Of a stretch of DNA of 64,000 bases, positions 37,944 to 47,233 are shown one piece after another (positions within the stretch are counted from its first letter, which is position 1; every line of letters starts with the position of its first letter). The DNA is taken from NCBI GenBank assembly GCA_963665125.2, contig CAXXUK010000001.1:1888001-1952000 (forward strand), written 5' to 3'. The DNA comes from an uncultured Desulfarculus sp. GTDB lineage: Bacteria > Desulfobacterota > Desulfarculia > Desulfarculales > Desulfarculaceae. The position numbers and the translations under genes were made by a program. Under the pieces are notes generated by a model, which saw nothing but the letters and a program-made list of their open reading frames with translations, was not told the origin of the DNA and did no database searches.

Positions 37944-39122
37944 TTAGGCTTCGTTCCTGATGATCAGGGCAACACCCTGGCCGCCGCCCAGACACATAGT
38001 GGCCAGGCCCAGTTCCTTGCCGCTACGCTTGAGTTCGTAGATCAGCTTGGTCAGGATCACCGCGCCGGTGCCGCTGATGGGGTGGCCCAAGGCAATGGCG
38101 CCGCCGTTGGGGTTGACCTTGGCCTCGTCCAGGCCCAATTCACGGATGCAGGCCAGACTCTGGGAGGCGAAGGCCTCGTTGAGTTCGATCACATCCAGAT
38201 CGGCGGCGCTGAGGCCCGTCTTTTCCAGGGCCTTCTGGGTGGCGGCGATGGGGCCGATGCCCATCAACGAAGGCTCCACGCCCACCGAGGCATAACCCAC
38301 GATGCTAACCAGGGGCTTGAAGCCGTTGGCCTTGGCCCAATCCTCGGAAGTTACCACAACAGCACCCGCGCCATCGTTCATGCCGCTGGAGTTGCCCGCC
38401 GTCACGCTGCCGCCCTGGCGGAACACCGGCTTGAGTTTGGCCAGACCCTCCAGGGTTGTTTCCGGGCGGGGGTGCTCGTCCACGGCGAACAGCACCGGGT
38501 CGCCCTTTTTCTTGGGAATTGGCACGGCCACGATCTGCTCGTTGAACACGCCCTGCTCCAAGGCCTTGGCGGCCTTTTGCTGGCTGGACAGGGCAAAGGC
38601 GTCTTGGTCCTCGCGGCTGATCTGGTATTTCTCGGCCACGTTTTCAGCGGTCTCGCCCATGGTGTTGCCGCTGATGGGGTCGAAGAGCACAAGCTGGTCC
38701 ATGACCTGGCCATGGCCCAGGCGCTGGCCCCAGCGCATGCGCGGCAGCAGATAGGCCGCGGCGCTCATGTGCTCCAAGCCGCCGGAGATGATCACCTCGG
38801 CGTCTTCGGCCTTGATGGCCTGGGCCGCCAGGAACACGGTCTTGAGCGATCCGCCGCAGGCCTTGGCCACGGTGAAGTTGGGCACCGGGATGGGGATGCC
38901 CGCGTCAACGCTGATGGGCCGGGCCATGTTGGGCGGCAACACGCCTGTGCGGTATTGCTGGGAGAATATGGTTTCCTCGACCTGATTGGCCTGCACGCCG
39001 GAACGGGCCAGGGCTTCCTTGATAACCAGGGCGCCCAGTTCGCGGTCGGTCACGGCCTTGAGGGTGCCGCCGAAGCGGCCCACGGCCGTGCGGGCCGCGC
39101 CGAGAATCACTGCTTTTTTCAT
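37944..39122 (-). CDS. acetyl-CoA C-acyltransferase (thiolase)
   Basis: KACGGSL, TAGNSSGMNDGA, ELNEAFA, GGAIALGHP, CLGGGQG. Confidence 0.95.
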   Translation of the reverse strand: MKKAVILGAARTAVGRFGGTLKAVTDRELGALVIKEALARSGVQANQVEETIFSQQYRTGVLPPNMARPISVDAGIPIPVPNFTVAKACGGSLKTVFLAAQAIKAEDAEVIISGGLEHMSAAAYLLPRMRWGQRLGHGQVMDQLVLFDPISGNTMGETAENVAEKYQISREDQDAFALSSQQKAAKALEQGVFNEQIVAVPIPKKKGDPVLFAVDEHPRPETTLEGLAKLKPVFRQGGSVTAGNSSGMNDGAGAVVVTSEDWAKANGFKPLVSIVGYASVGVEPSLMGIGPIAATQKALEKTGLSAADLDVIELNEAFASQSLACIRELGLDEAKVNPNGGAIALGHPISGTGAVILTKLIYELKRSGKELGLATMCLGGGQGVALIIRNEA

Positions 39123-39169
39123 CGTCTAATATCTCCAGAAAGGGCCGCTGGGGCCCTTTGCAACAAAGG

Positions 39170-40054
39170 TCAAATCTTGGCCATGCCGATGCGGTTGCCG
39201 TCCTTGTCGTATTCGTACCAGCCCACGCCGGTCTTGCGGCCCAGCTGGCCCGCCTTGACCTTGCGCCGCAGCAACAGGGGCGGATACCAGGACGGATCGC
39301 CGGTTTCCTCGTACATCGAGGTCAGCGCGCCGAAGGTCACGTCCAGGCCCACCATGTCGCCGGTCTCGAAGATGCCCATCTTGCGGCCCGAGGCCAGGCG
39401 CAGGCCCTTGTCGATGTCTTCCACCGTGGCCACACCGGCCTCCACCAGACGCATGGCCTCCATGGTGCTGGGGAAGTTGATGCGGTTGATCACGAAGCCG
39501 GCCACGTCGCGGTTGACCATGATCGGCTCCTTGCCGATGGCCAAGGCGAACTCGCGGCCCGCCTGATGCACCTCCTCGGTGGTGAGCATGCCCTTGATCA
39601 CCTCCACGGCGGCCATCATCGGTACCGGCGAGAAGAAATGCAGGCCCAGGAAGCGCTCGGGCTTGTCCACGAAGGCGGCCAGTTCGCTGATGGGTATCGC
39701 GCTGGTGTTGCTGGCGATGAGGGCGTCGGGACTGGCGAACTTGTTTACCTGCTCGAAGACCTGCTGTTTGACGCCGATGTTCTCGAACACCACCTCCATG
39801 ATCAGGTCGGCCTCGGCGGCATAGTCCAGGGCCGTGACCGTGGCGATGCGGCCCATGATCTCTTCGGTGGTGCCGGGCACCTTGCCCTTTTCGACCATCT
39901 TGCCCACGGACCAGGCAATGGATTTCTTGGCCTTTTCCAGGGCCTCGGCGTTGGTGTCGTAAAGGGTGACATTCAGCCCGGCCTGGGCGCAGACCTGGCC
40001 GATACCCGAGCCCATCAGGCCGCTGCCGATGACGAATACTTTTTTGATCTGCAT
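39170..40054 (-). CDS. 3-hydroxyacyl-CoA dehydrogenase
   Basis: VIGSGLMGSGI, ASNTS, GLHFFSP, GFVINR, LGRKTGVGWY. Confidence 0.93.
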   Translation of the reverse strand: MQIKKVFVIGSGLMGSGIGQVCAQAGLNVTLYDTNAEALEKAKKSIAWSVGKMVEKGKVPGTTEEIMGRIATVTALDYAAEADLIMEVVFENIGVKQQVFEQVNKFASPDALIASNTSAIPISELAAFVDKPERFLGLHFFSPVPMMAAVEVIKGMLTTEEVHQAGREFALAIGKEPIMVNRDVAGFVINRINFPSTMEAMRLVEAGVATVEDIDKGLRLASGRKMGIFETGDMVGLDVTFGALTSMYEETGDPSWYPPLLLRRKVKAGQLGRKTGVGWYEYDKDGNRIGMAKI

Positions 40055-40064
40055 GGCCGGCCTC

Positions 40065-41222
40065 CTAGTCCTTCAAGAGTTCACGGGCGATGACCACGCG
40101 CTGGATCTCGCTGGTGCCTTCGTAAATGGTAGTCAGGCGCAGGTCGCGGTAGTAGCGCTCCACCGGGAAGTCGCGCACATAGCCCATGCCGCCGAAGACC
40201 TGTACGGCCATGTCGGCCACGCGGTTGGCCATCTCGGTGCAGAACATCTTGACCATTGCCGCTTCCTTGACCACGGCGGTGCCCCTCTTGTCGCGCAGCC
40301 AGGCGGCATGATAGAGCATCTGGCGTCCGGCGTAGATGCCCGCGGCCATGTCGGCCAGCTTGAACTGGATTGCCTGGAAGTTGCAGATGGGCTGGCCGAA
40401 CTGCACGCGCTGCTTGGAGTAGTCGATGCTAAGTTCCAACAGCTTCTGGGCCGAACCCACGGCCGAGGCGCCCATGGTCAGGCGGCCCTTGTCCAGGGTC
40501 TTCATGGCCGTCTTGAAGCCTTTGCCGAGATTGGCCATGCCGCCGATGATGTTTTCCTTGGGGATGCGGCAGTTGTCGAAGATTAGCTCTGCGGTGTGGC
40601 TGCCGCGCATACCCATCTTGCGCTCAATGGCCCCCACGAAGAAGCCGGGGCTGTTCTTTTCCACGATAAATGCGCTGATGCCGCCCTTGGCCTTTTTCGC
40701 GCGGTCGTTGGCCGCGAAAACCGTGGCCACGTCGGCGCAGTCGCCGTTGGTGATGAAGTGTTTGCGGCCGTTGAGGACCCACTCGTCGCCGTCAAGCTCG
40801 GCCGTGGTCTGCACGTTGGCCGCGTCGGAGCCCGCCTCGGGCTCGGTGAGGGCAAAGCAGGCGGTCCATTCGCCGCTGGCGATTTTGGGCAAGTATTTCT
40901 CTTTTTGCTCTTCGGTGCCGTCCAGCAGAATGCCCTGGGAGCCGATGCCGTTGTTGGTGCCGATGCGCGAACGGAAGGCGGCGTTGCTCTTGGACATTTC
41001 CTCGTAGACCAGGCATTCGCCCAGGGTGCCCAGCTCGAGGCCGCCGTATTCCTCGGGCAGCGACAGGCCGAACAGGCCCAGATCACGCATTTTTTGGACC
41101 ACGTCCTCGGGGATGTGGTCTTCGTCTTCAACCTGCTGGCTGATGGGGTCCAGGTCTTTTTTAACGAACTTGGCGATGGTGTCCTGCATCATGCGCAGAT
41201 TTTCGGGAATTTCAAAATCCAT
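40065..41222 (-). CDS. acyl-CoA dehydrogenase
   Basis: FALTEPEAGSDA, KMGMRGS, RVQFG, TIYEGTSEIQR; ATG 41222 after GGAGG. Confidence 0.93.
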   Translation of the reverse strand: MDFEIPENLRMMQDTIAKFVKKDLDPISQQVEDEDHIPEDVVQKMRDLGLFGLSLPEEYGGLELGTLGECLVYEEMSKSNAAFRSRIGTNNGIGSQGILLDGTEEQKEKYLPKIASGEWTACFALTEPEAGSDAANVQTTAELDGDEWVLNGRKHFITNGDCADVATVFAANDRAKKAKGGISAFIVEKNSPGFFVGAIERKMGMRGSHTAELIFDNCRIPKENIIGGMANLGKGFKTAMKTLDKGRLTMGASAVGSAQKLLELSIDYSKQRVQFGQPICNFQAIQFKLADMAAGIYAGRQMLYHAAWLRDKRGTAVVKEAAMVKMFCTEMANRVADMAVQVFGGMGYVRDFPVERYYRDLRLTTIYEGTSEIQRVVIARELLKD

Positions 41223-41283
41223 CTTCGGTCCTCCGTTATGCGGCCGTGGGGCCGGTTGTTGTTTTGTTGCCGCCCCGAACAAG

Positions 41284-41300
41284 AGCAAATCACGGGCCAA
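41284..41300 (-). promoter_or_regulatory. sigma54 (-24/-12) promoter of the acyl-CoA operon
   Basis: Minus strand TTGGCCCGTGATTTGCT = GG-N10-GC, about 60 nt upstream of the ATG; sigma54 activator adjacent. Confidence 0.85.
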
Positions 41301-41316
41301 ACCGGGAACCGATGGA

Positions 41317-41329
41317 CAACAAATTGATT
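41317..41329 (-). promoter_or_regulatory. IHF-binding site
   Basis: Minus strand AATCAATTTGTTG matches WATCAANNNNTTR, between promoter and enhancer. Confidence 0.65.
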
Positions 41330-41385
41330 TAACAGTTAATTTAACAAAGCAGCATCGAATCGGGACGAGCTTTGGCGCGGCAATA

Positions 41386-41502
41386 TGTCTATTTTTTTAG
41401 ACAATTTGCGGCTTTAGATGGCTTATCAGTTTGGAATAGCTATTGAATTTATCCCAAAACAACAATGTCTGATATTTTAGGCAATGTCTATCATACTAGA
41501 CA
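41386..41502. promoter_or_regulatory. three enhancer (UAS) palindromes TGTCTA-N6-TAGACA
   Basis: 41386-41403 TGTCTA-TTTTTT-TAGACA; 41466-41483 TGTCTG-ATATTT-TAGGCA; 41485-41502 TGTCTA-TCATAC-TAGACA. Confidence 0.75.
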
Positions 41503-42890
41503 TTGCCGTCTTTCCAGCCATACCGGGCCATTTTCTGGTACAAGCCGCTGCGATGGATGCCCAGTACGTCGGCCGCCCGGCTGCGGTTGCCGCCGCAGGC
41601 GTCCAGGGCCCTTTGAATGGCCTGGCGCTCGGCGTGCTCCACGGCGTCGCGCATGGTGCCCAAAGGCAAATCCGCTTCGGCCCTATGGCCCGCATGGTGC
41701 AACTCCGGCGGCAGATCCGCCTCCTTCAAATCGCCGCTTCCGGCCTGGGCCGAAGCCCGCTCCAGGGCGTTGCGCAACTCCCGTACGTTGCCGGGCCAGT
41801 CGTGGGCCTTCAACAGATCCATGGCCCCTGGCCGCACGGTTCGGGGCGCCCTGGTGGCCTCGGCGCGGATATGGGCCAGAAGGGAATACACTAGGCGGGG
41901 GATGTCCTCGGCTATCGCCCTCAGCGGCGGAGTGAACAAGCGGAAAATATTCAATCGGTAGAACAGGTCCTGACGAAAACGGCCCTGTTTCATCATCTCT
42001 TCCAAATCGCGGTTGGTGGCGGCGATGACCCGGAAATCCAGGTCCAGAACCTTGGTGCCGCCAAGGCGCTCCACCTGGCGCTCCTGGATCACCCTAAGCA
42101 GTTTGGCCTGCATCTGGGGAGCCAGCTCGCCCACCTCGTCCAGAAAAATGGTGCCGCCGTGGGCCAGTTCGAAGCGGCCCGGCTTGCCCTGGCGGCTGGC
42201 CCCGGTAAATGCGCCCGCTTCATAACCGAAAAGCTCGGCCTCGAACAATTCGCCGGGGATGGCCGCGCAGTTGACCCGCACGAATGGTTTATCCCGCCGC
42301 GAACTCATCTGGTGGATGGCGTGGGCGAACAGTTCCTTGCCCGTGCCGGTCTCGCCGGTTATCAACACGGCCAATTCCGATGCCGCGGCCTGGGCCGCCA
42401 CCCGCTTGGCGCTTTGCATGGGTTTTGATTGGCCGATGATGCTGTCCAGGGAATAGCGCCTGCCGTAGAGCTGCTTTAGTTCCTTTTCATAATAATCCAG
42501 GCGGCCTTCCAAGACCTGGGCCTGGCGGATGAGTTCCTGTAGTTGTTCCGGATTCCAAAACAACAGTTTGCCCGCCGCGCCCACCACCCGGCCGTCGGCG
42601 TCTTTGAGGGGGATTCGGGCGATGACGATCTGCCTTCCGCCTATGACGTACATCCGGCCTATCTCGGCCTTGCCCGTCTTGACCACCCGCTCCAGGAGGC
42701 TGTCCGGGTCCACCTCGGCCAGGGGGCGGCCCAGGGCCTGTTCCTTGGCCAGGCCGCGGTATTCCAGACCCGCCTCGCTTACAAAACGAACCACCCCCTC
42801 CGCGTCGATGACGATCAACGACTCGTGAGGGTTTTCCAGAAGAGCTTCCAGCAGTTCGGGACTCATTTCCTGATGTGATTTTTTCGCCAC
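41496..42890 (-). CDS. PAS-domain sigma54-dependent transcriptional activator
   Basis: N-terminal PAS, GETGTGKE, GAFTGA, FLDEVGE, WPGNVREL, C-terminal Fis-type HTH. Confidence 0.95.
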   Translation of the reverse strand: MAKKSHQEMSPELLEALLENPHESLIVIDAEGVVRFVSEAGLEYRGLAKEQALGRPLAEVDPDSLLERVVKTGKAEIGRMYVIGGRQIVIARIPLKDADGRVVGAAGKLLFWNPEQLQELIRQAQVLEGRLDYYEKELKQLYGRRYSLDSIIGQSKPMQSAKRVAAQAAASELAVLITGETGTGKELFAHAIHQMSSRRDKPFVRVNCAAIPGELFEAELFGYEAGAFTGASRQGKPGRFELAHGGTIFLDEVGELAPQMQAKLLRVIQERQVERLGGTKVLDLDFRVIAATNRDLEEMMKQGRFRQDLFYRLNIFRLFTPPLRAIAEDIPRLVYSLLAHIRAEATRAPRTVRPGAMDLLKAHDWPGNVRELRNALERASAQAGSGDLKEADLPPELHHAGHRAEADLPLGTMRDAVEHAERQAIQRALDACGGNRSRAADVLGIHRSGLYQKMARYGWKDGNV

Positions 42891-42915
42891 GACGCCCGCC
42901 TTTCCATATGCTGAT

Positions 42916-42933
42916 TGTACATAATTTTAGACA
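42916..42933. promoter_or_regulatory. fourth copy of the palindrome upstream of the activator gene (likely autoregulation)
   Basis: TGTACA-TAATTT-TAGACA, 26 nt upstream of the activator start. Confidence 0.6.
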
Positions 42934-43009
42934 GCACGGACAGCTTGACTTTTACATCTTTCCGGCCTCAGTCTATTTTCATATGTCATTAAAAACGTTG
43001 GAGACAGCG

Positions 43010-43714
43010 ATGAGCCCTAGCAACGGCTTTGAGGGTTTCGGGCCCAAATCGGAAGACTTTTTTGTTCAACTGGCGGCCAACAACAGCAAGCAATGGTTCG
43101 AGGCCCACCGAAGCCAATACGACAACCATGTCCTGAAACCGGCCAAGGCATTCATCGAAGAGATGGGCGCACTGCTGGGCGAGGCCGTACCGGGGTTGCA
43201 CGCCGAGCCCAAGGTCAACAGGTCGCTGTTCAAAATCCATCGGGACACCCGCTTCGCCAAGGACAAGACCCCGTTCAAGGGCCATCTGGGCATTTGGCTG
43301 TGGGAAGGCGAGGCCCCGCGCATGCACTGCTCGGGCTTTTACTTTCACCTGGAACCAGGACGGCTGATGGTCGGCGCGGGGATATACATGTTTCCCAGGG
43401 AAATCATCGACGAGTTCCGCAGATCGGTTGTCCACGTCAAACAGGGGCCGGCCCTGGCCAAGGCCATGGATGAGGTGAGGGCCCGGGGTTACGTGGTGGG
43501 CGGCCAGCGGCTCAGGCGCACGCCCAAGGGCTATGACCCGGATCACGAACTGGCGGATCTGCTTTTGTACAAGGGCCTGTTTGCCATGGATGACAGCCCC
43601 ATGCCCAAGGAGGCGGTATCAGAAGCCCTGGTGGACTACTGCCTGGAACGCTGGACGGCAATGCTGCCCCTGCACCAATGGCTAGCGGCAATGGTGGCGC
43701 GGGCCGCCGGATAG
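43010..43714 (+). CDS. DUF2461 (TIGR02453) family protein
   Basis: LAANNSKQWFEAHR, FKIHRDTRFAKDKTPFK, PKGY. Confidence 0.85.
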   Translation: MSPSNGFEGFGPKSEDFFVQLAANNSKQWFEAHRSQYDNHVLKPAKAFIEEMGALLGEAVPGLHAEPKVNRSLFKIHRDTRFAKDKTPFKGHLGIWLWEGEAPRMHCSGFYFHLEPGRLMVGAGIYMFPREIIDEFRRSVVHVKQGPALAKAMDEVRARGYVVGGQRLRRTPKGYDPDHELADLLLYKGLFAMDDSPMPKEAVSEALVDYCLERWTAMLPLHQWLAAMVARAAG

Positions 43715-43749
43715 CCGATGACCCGCGAAACCGGCCGGGTCGTTTATGG

Positions 43750-44136
43750 CTACAGCTTGGAAAAGATGGCTTCGATCTTTTCGCCCAAGGTCTCGGCCGT
43801 AAAGGGCTTGACGATATAATTGCTAACCTTGGCCTTGGCCGCCTCCAGGATGTTTTCCTTCTGGGCCTCGGCGGTGACCATCAAAAACGGCAGGTCGCAA
43901 AACTCATCGCTGGACCGGACAAATCTCAGCAGTTCCAGGCCCGTCATCTTGGGCATGTTCCAATCGCTGACAATAAAGTCGATACGCTCGGTTTCCAGCT
44001 TGGACACGGCGATCTCGCCGTCCTCGGCCTCAACGATATTTTCGTAGCCCAATTGCCGCAGGGAGTTCTTTACAATACGGCGCATTGTCGCGAAATCGTC
44101 AACCACCAAAATCTTCAGTTTCTTATCAATTTGCAT
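43750..44136 (-). CDS. cheY: single-domain response regulator CheY
   Basis: [42 protein letters not shown]. Confidence 0.92.
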   Translation of the reverse strand: MQIDKKLKILVVDDFATMRRIVKNSLRQLGYENIVEAEDGEIAVSKLETERIDFIVSDWNMPKMTGLELLRFVRSSDEFCDLPFLMVTAEAQKENILEAAKAKVSNYIVKPFTAETLGEKIEAIFSKL

Positions 44137-44342
44137 TATCGCCACCCCAACGCATTACCACTGCCACTTCCACAATACGTAGAAAAACACCCCAAACCGT
44201 AATTGAGCATCTAATCTATCGTCCCCAAACCGCCGGGTCAATCCATTCCATGCTTGTCGGCAAATTGCAACATCACCGGTCTTGGCCAAACTTGTTGGTT
44301 TGTGTTTCAATATTAATAAGTTCCGCTCGAAAGGAGTCGCAT

Positions 44343-45878
44343 ATGAACCAGAAACCGGTCTTGGTCACCGGCGCGACCGGATACGTGGGGGGGCGGCTGG
44401 TGCCCCGGCTGCTGAACTCCGGCCACAAGGTCCGGGCCGCCGGAAGGTCAATCGAAAAGCTGGCCTGCCGTCCCTGGGCCGCGCACCCCGATGTCGAATT
44501 GGCGGTTGCCGATGCAAAGGACGTCCAGTCCATGGCCAAGGCCCTGGCGGGCTGCCGGGCCGCGTATTACCTGGTCCACTCCATGAATCCCTCAACGACC
44601 GACTTTGCCAAAACCGATCGCCTGGCCGCCCTGAACATGGCCGCTGCGGCGGAATATGCCGGACTCGAGCAAATAATCTACTTGGGCGGATTATTGCCGC
44701 CGGGGCCCAATATCAGCCACCACCTGGCCTCCCGGGCCCAAGTGGCGGCCGTGCTACGGTCCGGGAAAACGCCGGTGACCTGGCTGTGCGCGGCCATGCT
44801 CCTCGGCGCCGGCAGCGCCTCGTTCGAACTGATGCGTTATCTGGTGGACCGCCTGCCGCTGATGATCGCTCCCCGCTGGGTCCGCACCAGGGTCCAGCCC
44901 ATAGCCGTGGAAAACGCCCTGGGCTATCTGGAAGGCTGCCTGGACAACCCCCAGGCCATGGGACGCACCTTTGATATCGGCGGGCCCGAGGTCACGACTT
45001 ATGAGGACCTTTTCCAAACCTATGCCCGGCTGGCGGGTCTGCGGCGGCGCTGGATCATCCCAGTGCCGGTATTGACTCCCAAGCTCAGTTCCTATTGGAT
45101 CCACCTGATCACGCCCATACCGGCGGCCCTGGCCCAGCCTCTGGCCGAGGGATTGAGCAATGAGGTTGTGATGGGCGATGACGGCATCCGCCAAGTCGTG
45201 CCCCAGCGGCTCATCGGCTGCGAAGAGGCCATCGCCCGCAGCCTGGAGCGCATAGCCCAGCAAAAGGTGGAAACCTGCTGGCTGGACGCGGGCCATGTGC
45301 TGCCGCCGGAGTGGGTTTATTGCGCGGACACCAATTTCGCAGGGGGCACGATACTCCAATGCGCCTATCGACTAAAGCTGGCCGCCGAACCACGGCAAAT
45401 CTGGCCCATAGTGACCAGCCTGGGCGGCGATACCGGTTGGCTCCACGCAGACTGGCTTTGGCGGCTGCGAGGTTTTGCGGACAGGCTCATCGGCGGTGTG
45501 GGCCTGTCGCGGGGCCGCAGGCACCCCGGAGAGATGGGCCCCGGCGACGCCCTGGATTTCTGGCGGGTCCTGGAAGTAGCCGAACCCCGGCGGTTGCTGC
45601 TGCTGGCCGAGATGAAGCTGCCCGGCGAGGCTGTCCTGGAGCTTCAGGTGGAGCCTCTGGACCACGGCCAAAGCGAACTGCGGGTCATTGCCCGATTCCT
45701 GCCCCGCGGCCTGGCCGGTTTGGCCTATTGGTACGGCGTGCTGCCTTTGCACGGCTATGTTTTCAAGGGATTGATCCGAAAGATCGCCCAGGCCACCGGA
45801 GCCCGGCCGTTGAACGAACCGGAGCCGTTCGACCCAACCGAGGCCCTGAGTTGCCGTGTCAGGCCGCCTCAGGACTGA
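44343..45878 (+). CDS. NAD(P)-binding SDR/epimerase with DUF2867 domain (YbjT-like)
   Basis: VLVTGATGYVGGRL, YYLVHSM, GDALDFWRV, AEMKLPG. Confidence 0.85.
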   Translation: MNQKPVLVTGATGYVGGRLVPRLLNSGHKVRAAGRSIEKLACRPWAAHPDVELAVADAKDVQSMAKALAGCRAAYYLVHSMNPSTTDFAKTDRLAALNMAAAAEYAGLEQIIYLGGLLPPGPNISHHLASRAQVAAVLRSGKTPVTWLCAAMLLGAGSASFELMRYLVDRLPLMIAPRWVRTRVQPIAVENALGYLEGCLDNPQAMGRTFDIGGPEVTTYEDLFQTYARLAGLRRRWIIPVPVLTPKLSSYWIHLITPIPAALAQPLAEGLSNEVVMGDDGIRQVVPQRLIGCEEAIARSLERIAQQKVETCWLDAGHVLPPEWVYCADTNFAGGTILQCAYRLKLAAEPRQIWPIVTSLGGDTGWLHADWLWRLRGFADRLIGGVGLSRGRRHPGEMGPGDALDFWRVLEVAEPRRLLLLAEMKLPGEAVLELQVEPLDHGQSELRVIARFLPRGLAGLAYWYGVLPLHGYVFKGLIRKIAQATGARPLNEPEPFDPTEALSCRVRPPQD

Positions 45879-46498
45879 GACAGCCCCCCGGCAAAGGCCC
45901 GGCCCAGACGTTCCATGAGGTCCATGGGCGTATCCTTGCCCAGGCCCGCGGCCGCGCCGAACCAGAAAAAACCGCAAGAAGTGGCCAAGACCATCAGGGC
46001 CAGTTCATCGATCCGCTCGCCGGGCCAGCCCATGGCCATGGCCGCCGGACCCAGCATCTCGGAAAGCATGGTGATGTGTTCGCGGAGCCGCAGGGAGATG
46101 TCCCTTGCCGCCGGGGTGTCCGATTCCAGGGAACAGGCCTGGACCAACACCGACGCGGCGTCGGGCCTCAGTTGGAAATAGCGCAAATGCACCGAGCCCA
46201 CCCCGGCCAAAACGCTCATCGCGTCCGTGGGGGCCAGGGCCACCGGCCTCACCCGGCGGGCCACATCGCCCAGGATATGATCAACCAGCTCAACCACGAA
46301 CTGGTCCTTGCTGGCGAAATGGGTGAAGAACGTGCCCTTACCCACGCCGACGGCCTTGGTGATGTGCTCCACCTTGCAGGCGGCCAGGCCTTTTTCGGCG
46401 ATCAGGCGCACGCCGTGCTCCCTAAGTTGTTTGGCAACTTCCAGGCGGCGCTTTTGGGCCTTGCCCAGGCCATTGGGCGAATTTGCTGAACTGTTCAA
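45869..46498 (-). CDS. TetR/AcrR-family regulator
   Basis: KVEHITKAVGVGKGTFFTHFASKD HTH. Confidence 0.85.
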   Translation of the reverse strand: MNSSANSPNGLGKAQKRRLEVAKQLREHGVRLIAEKGLAACKVEHITKAVGVGKGTFFTHFASKDQFVVELVDHILGDVARRVRPVALAPTDAMSVLAGVGSVHLRYFQLRPDAASVLVQACSLESDTPAARDISLRLREHITMLSEMLGPAAMAMGWPGERIDELALMVLATSCGFFWFGAAAGLGKDTPMDLMERLGRAFAGGLSQS

Positions 46499-46651
46499 GT
46501 AGTTCGTCCTCTCCGGGCGGGAATTAGACTAATGCGAATATGCCCGCTTGCGGGTTTTCTGTCAACCATACCCGGTTGACTAATGCAACCCCGACGGTCT
46601 AAGGTCGTTTATGGGCAACGGAGTATTTCAACACAGTCATTAGGAGTTTCT

Positions 46652-47185
46652 ATGGGCGTACCAGCAGCTGACCGCGAACTGTTCGAGGCCATGGACCGTG
46701 ATCAATTGCAGGAATACATCTTCATGCAGATCAAAAACATCTGGCGTGTTGACGGCATGTATTTCCTGGGCATTGAAAAACGCCATGATATTCAGGAGGC
46801 TACGGACGTAGACGCCGAGTGCTGGCGTTACATGGGCAAGGTCGAGGCCAAGGAGCTGAAAAAATTCCTGGGCATCGCGGAGCCCGATCCGGCCCAGGTG
46901 CTCTATTTGCTGCGCCATTCTTCATGGGCTGTCAGCCATGATCTAAAGGCCTTCGAAGTGCGCGACGACGGCACGGCCATGTTCGAGGTGCATACCTGCC
47001 GCACCCAACAGATCCGCCTGAGCAAAAACTTGGACGTGCACCCCTGCCGCCAGGTGCGCGAAGGCTATCTCCAGGCCTTTACCACCGAATGCAACCCCAA
47101 GGTGGCCCTGGAGACGGTGTGTTGTCCGCCGGACAGGTGCGAAGACGAAAAGATCTGGTGCCGCTGGGTCTTCAAGTGGGCTTAA
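46652..47185 (+). CDS. DUF6125-like hypothetical protein
   Basis: WRVDGMYF, CRTQ, HPC, CCPPD, WCRWVF Cys-rich motifs. Confidence 0.7.
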   Translation: MGVPAADRELFEAMDRDQLQEYIFMQIKNIWRVDGMYFLGIEKRHDIQEATDVDAECWRYMGKVEAKELKKFLGIAEPDPAQVLYLLRHSSWAVSHDLKAFEVRDDGTAMFEVHTCRTQQIRLSKNLDVHPCRQVREGYLQAFTTECNPKVALETVCCPPDRCEDEKIWCRWVFKWA

Positions 47186-47191
47186 CCAATT

Positions 47192-47226
47192 AAAACGGGC
47201 CCCGCCAACCCCGGCGAGGCCCGTTT
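47192..47226. terminator. bidirectional terminator
   Basis: AAAACGGGCCCCGCC-AACCCC-GGCGAGGCCCGTTT between convergent genes. Confidence 0.7.
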
Positions 47227-47233
47227 CAAATAA

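Noticed and set aside
34037..39566. 669-aa and 580-aa plus-strand ORFs
   Set aside because: Antisense shadows of gcdA/acd and thiolase/hydroxyacyl-CoA dehydrogenase.
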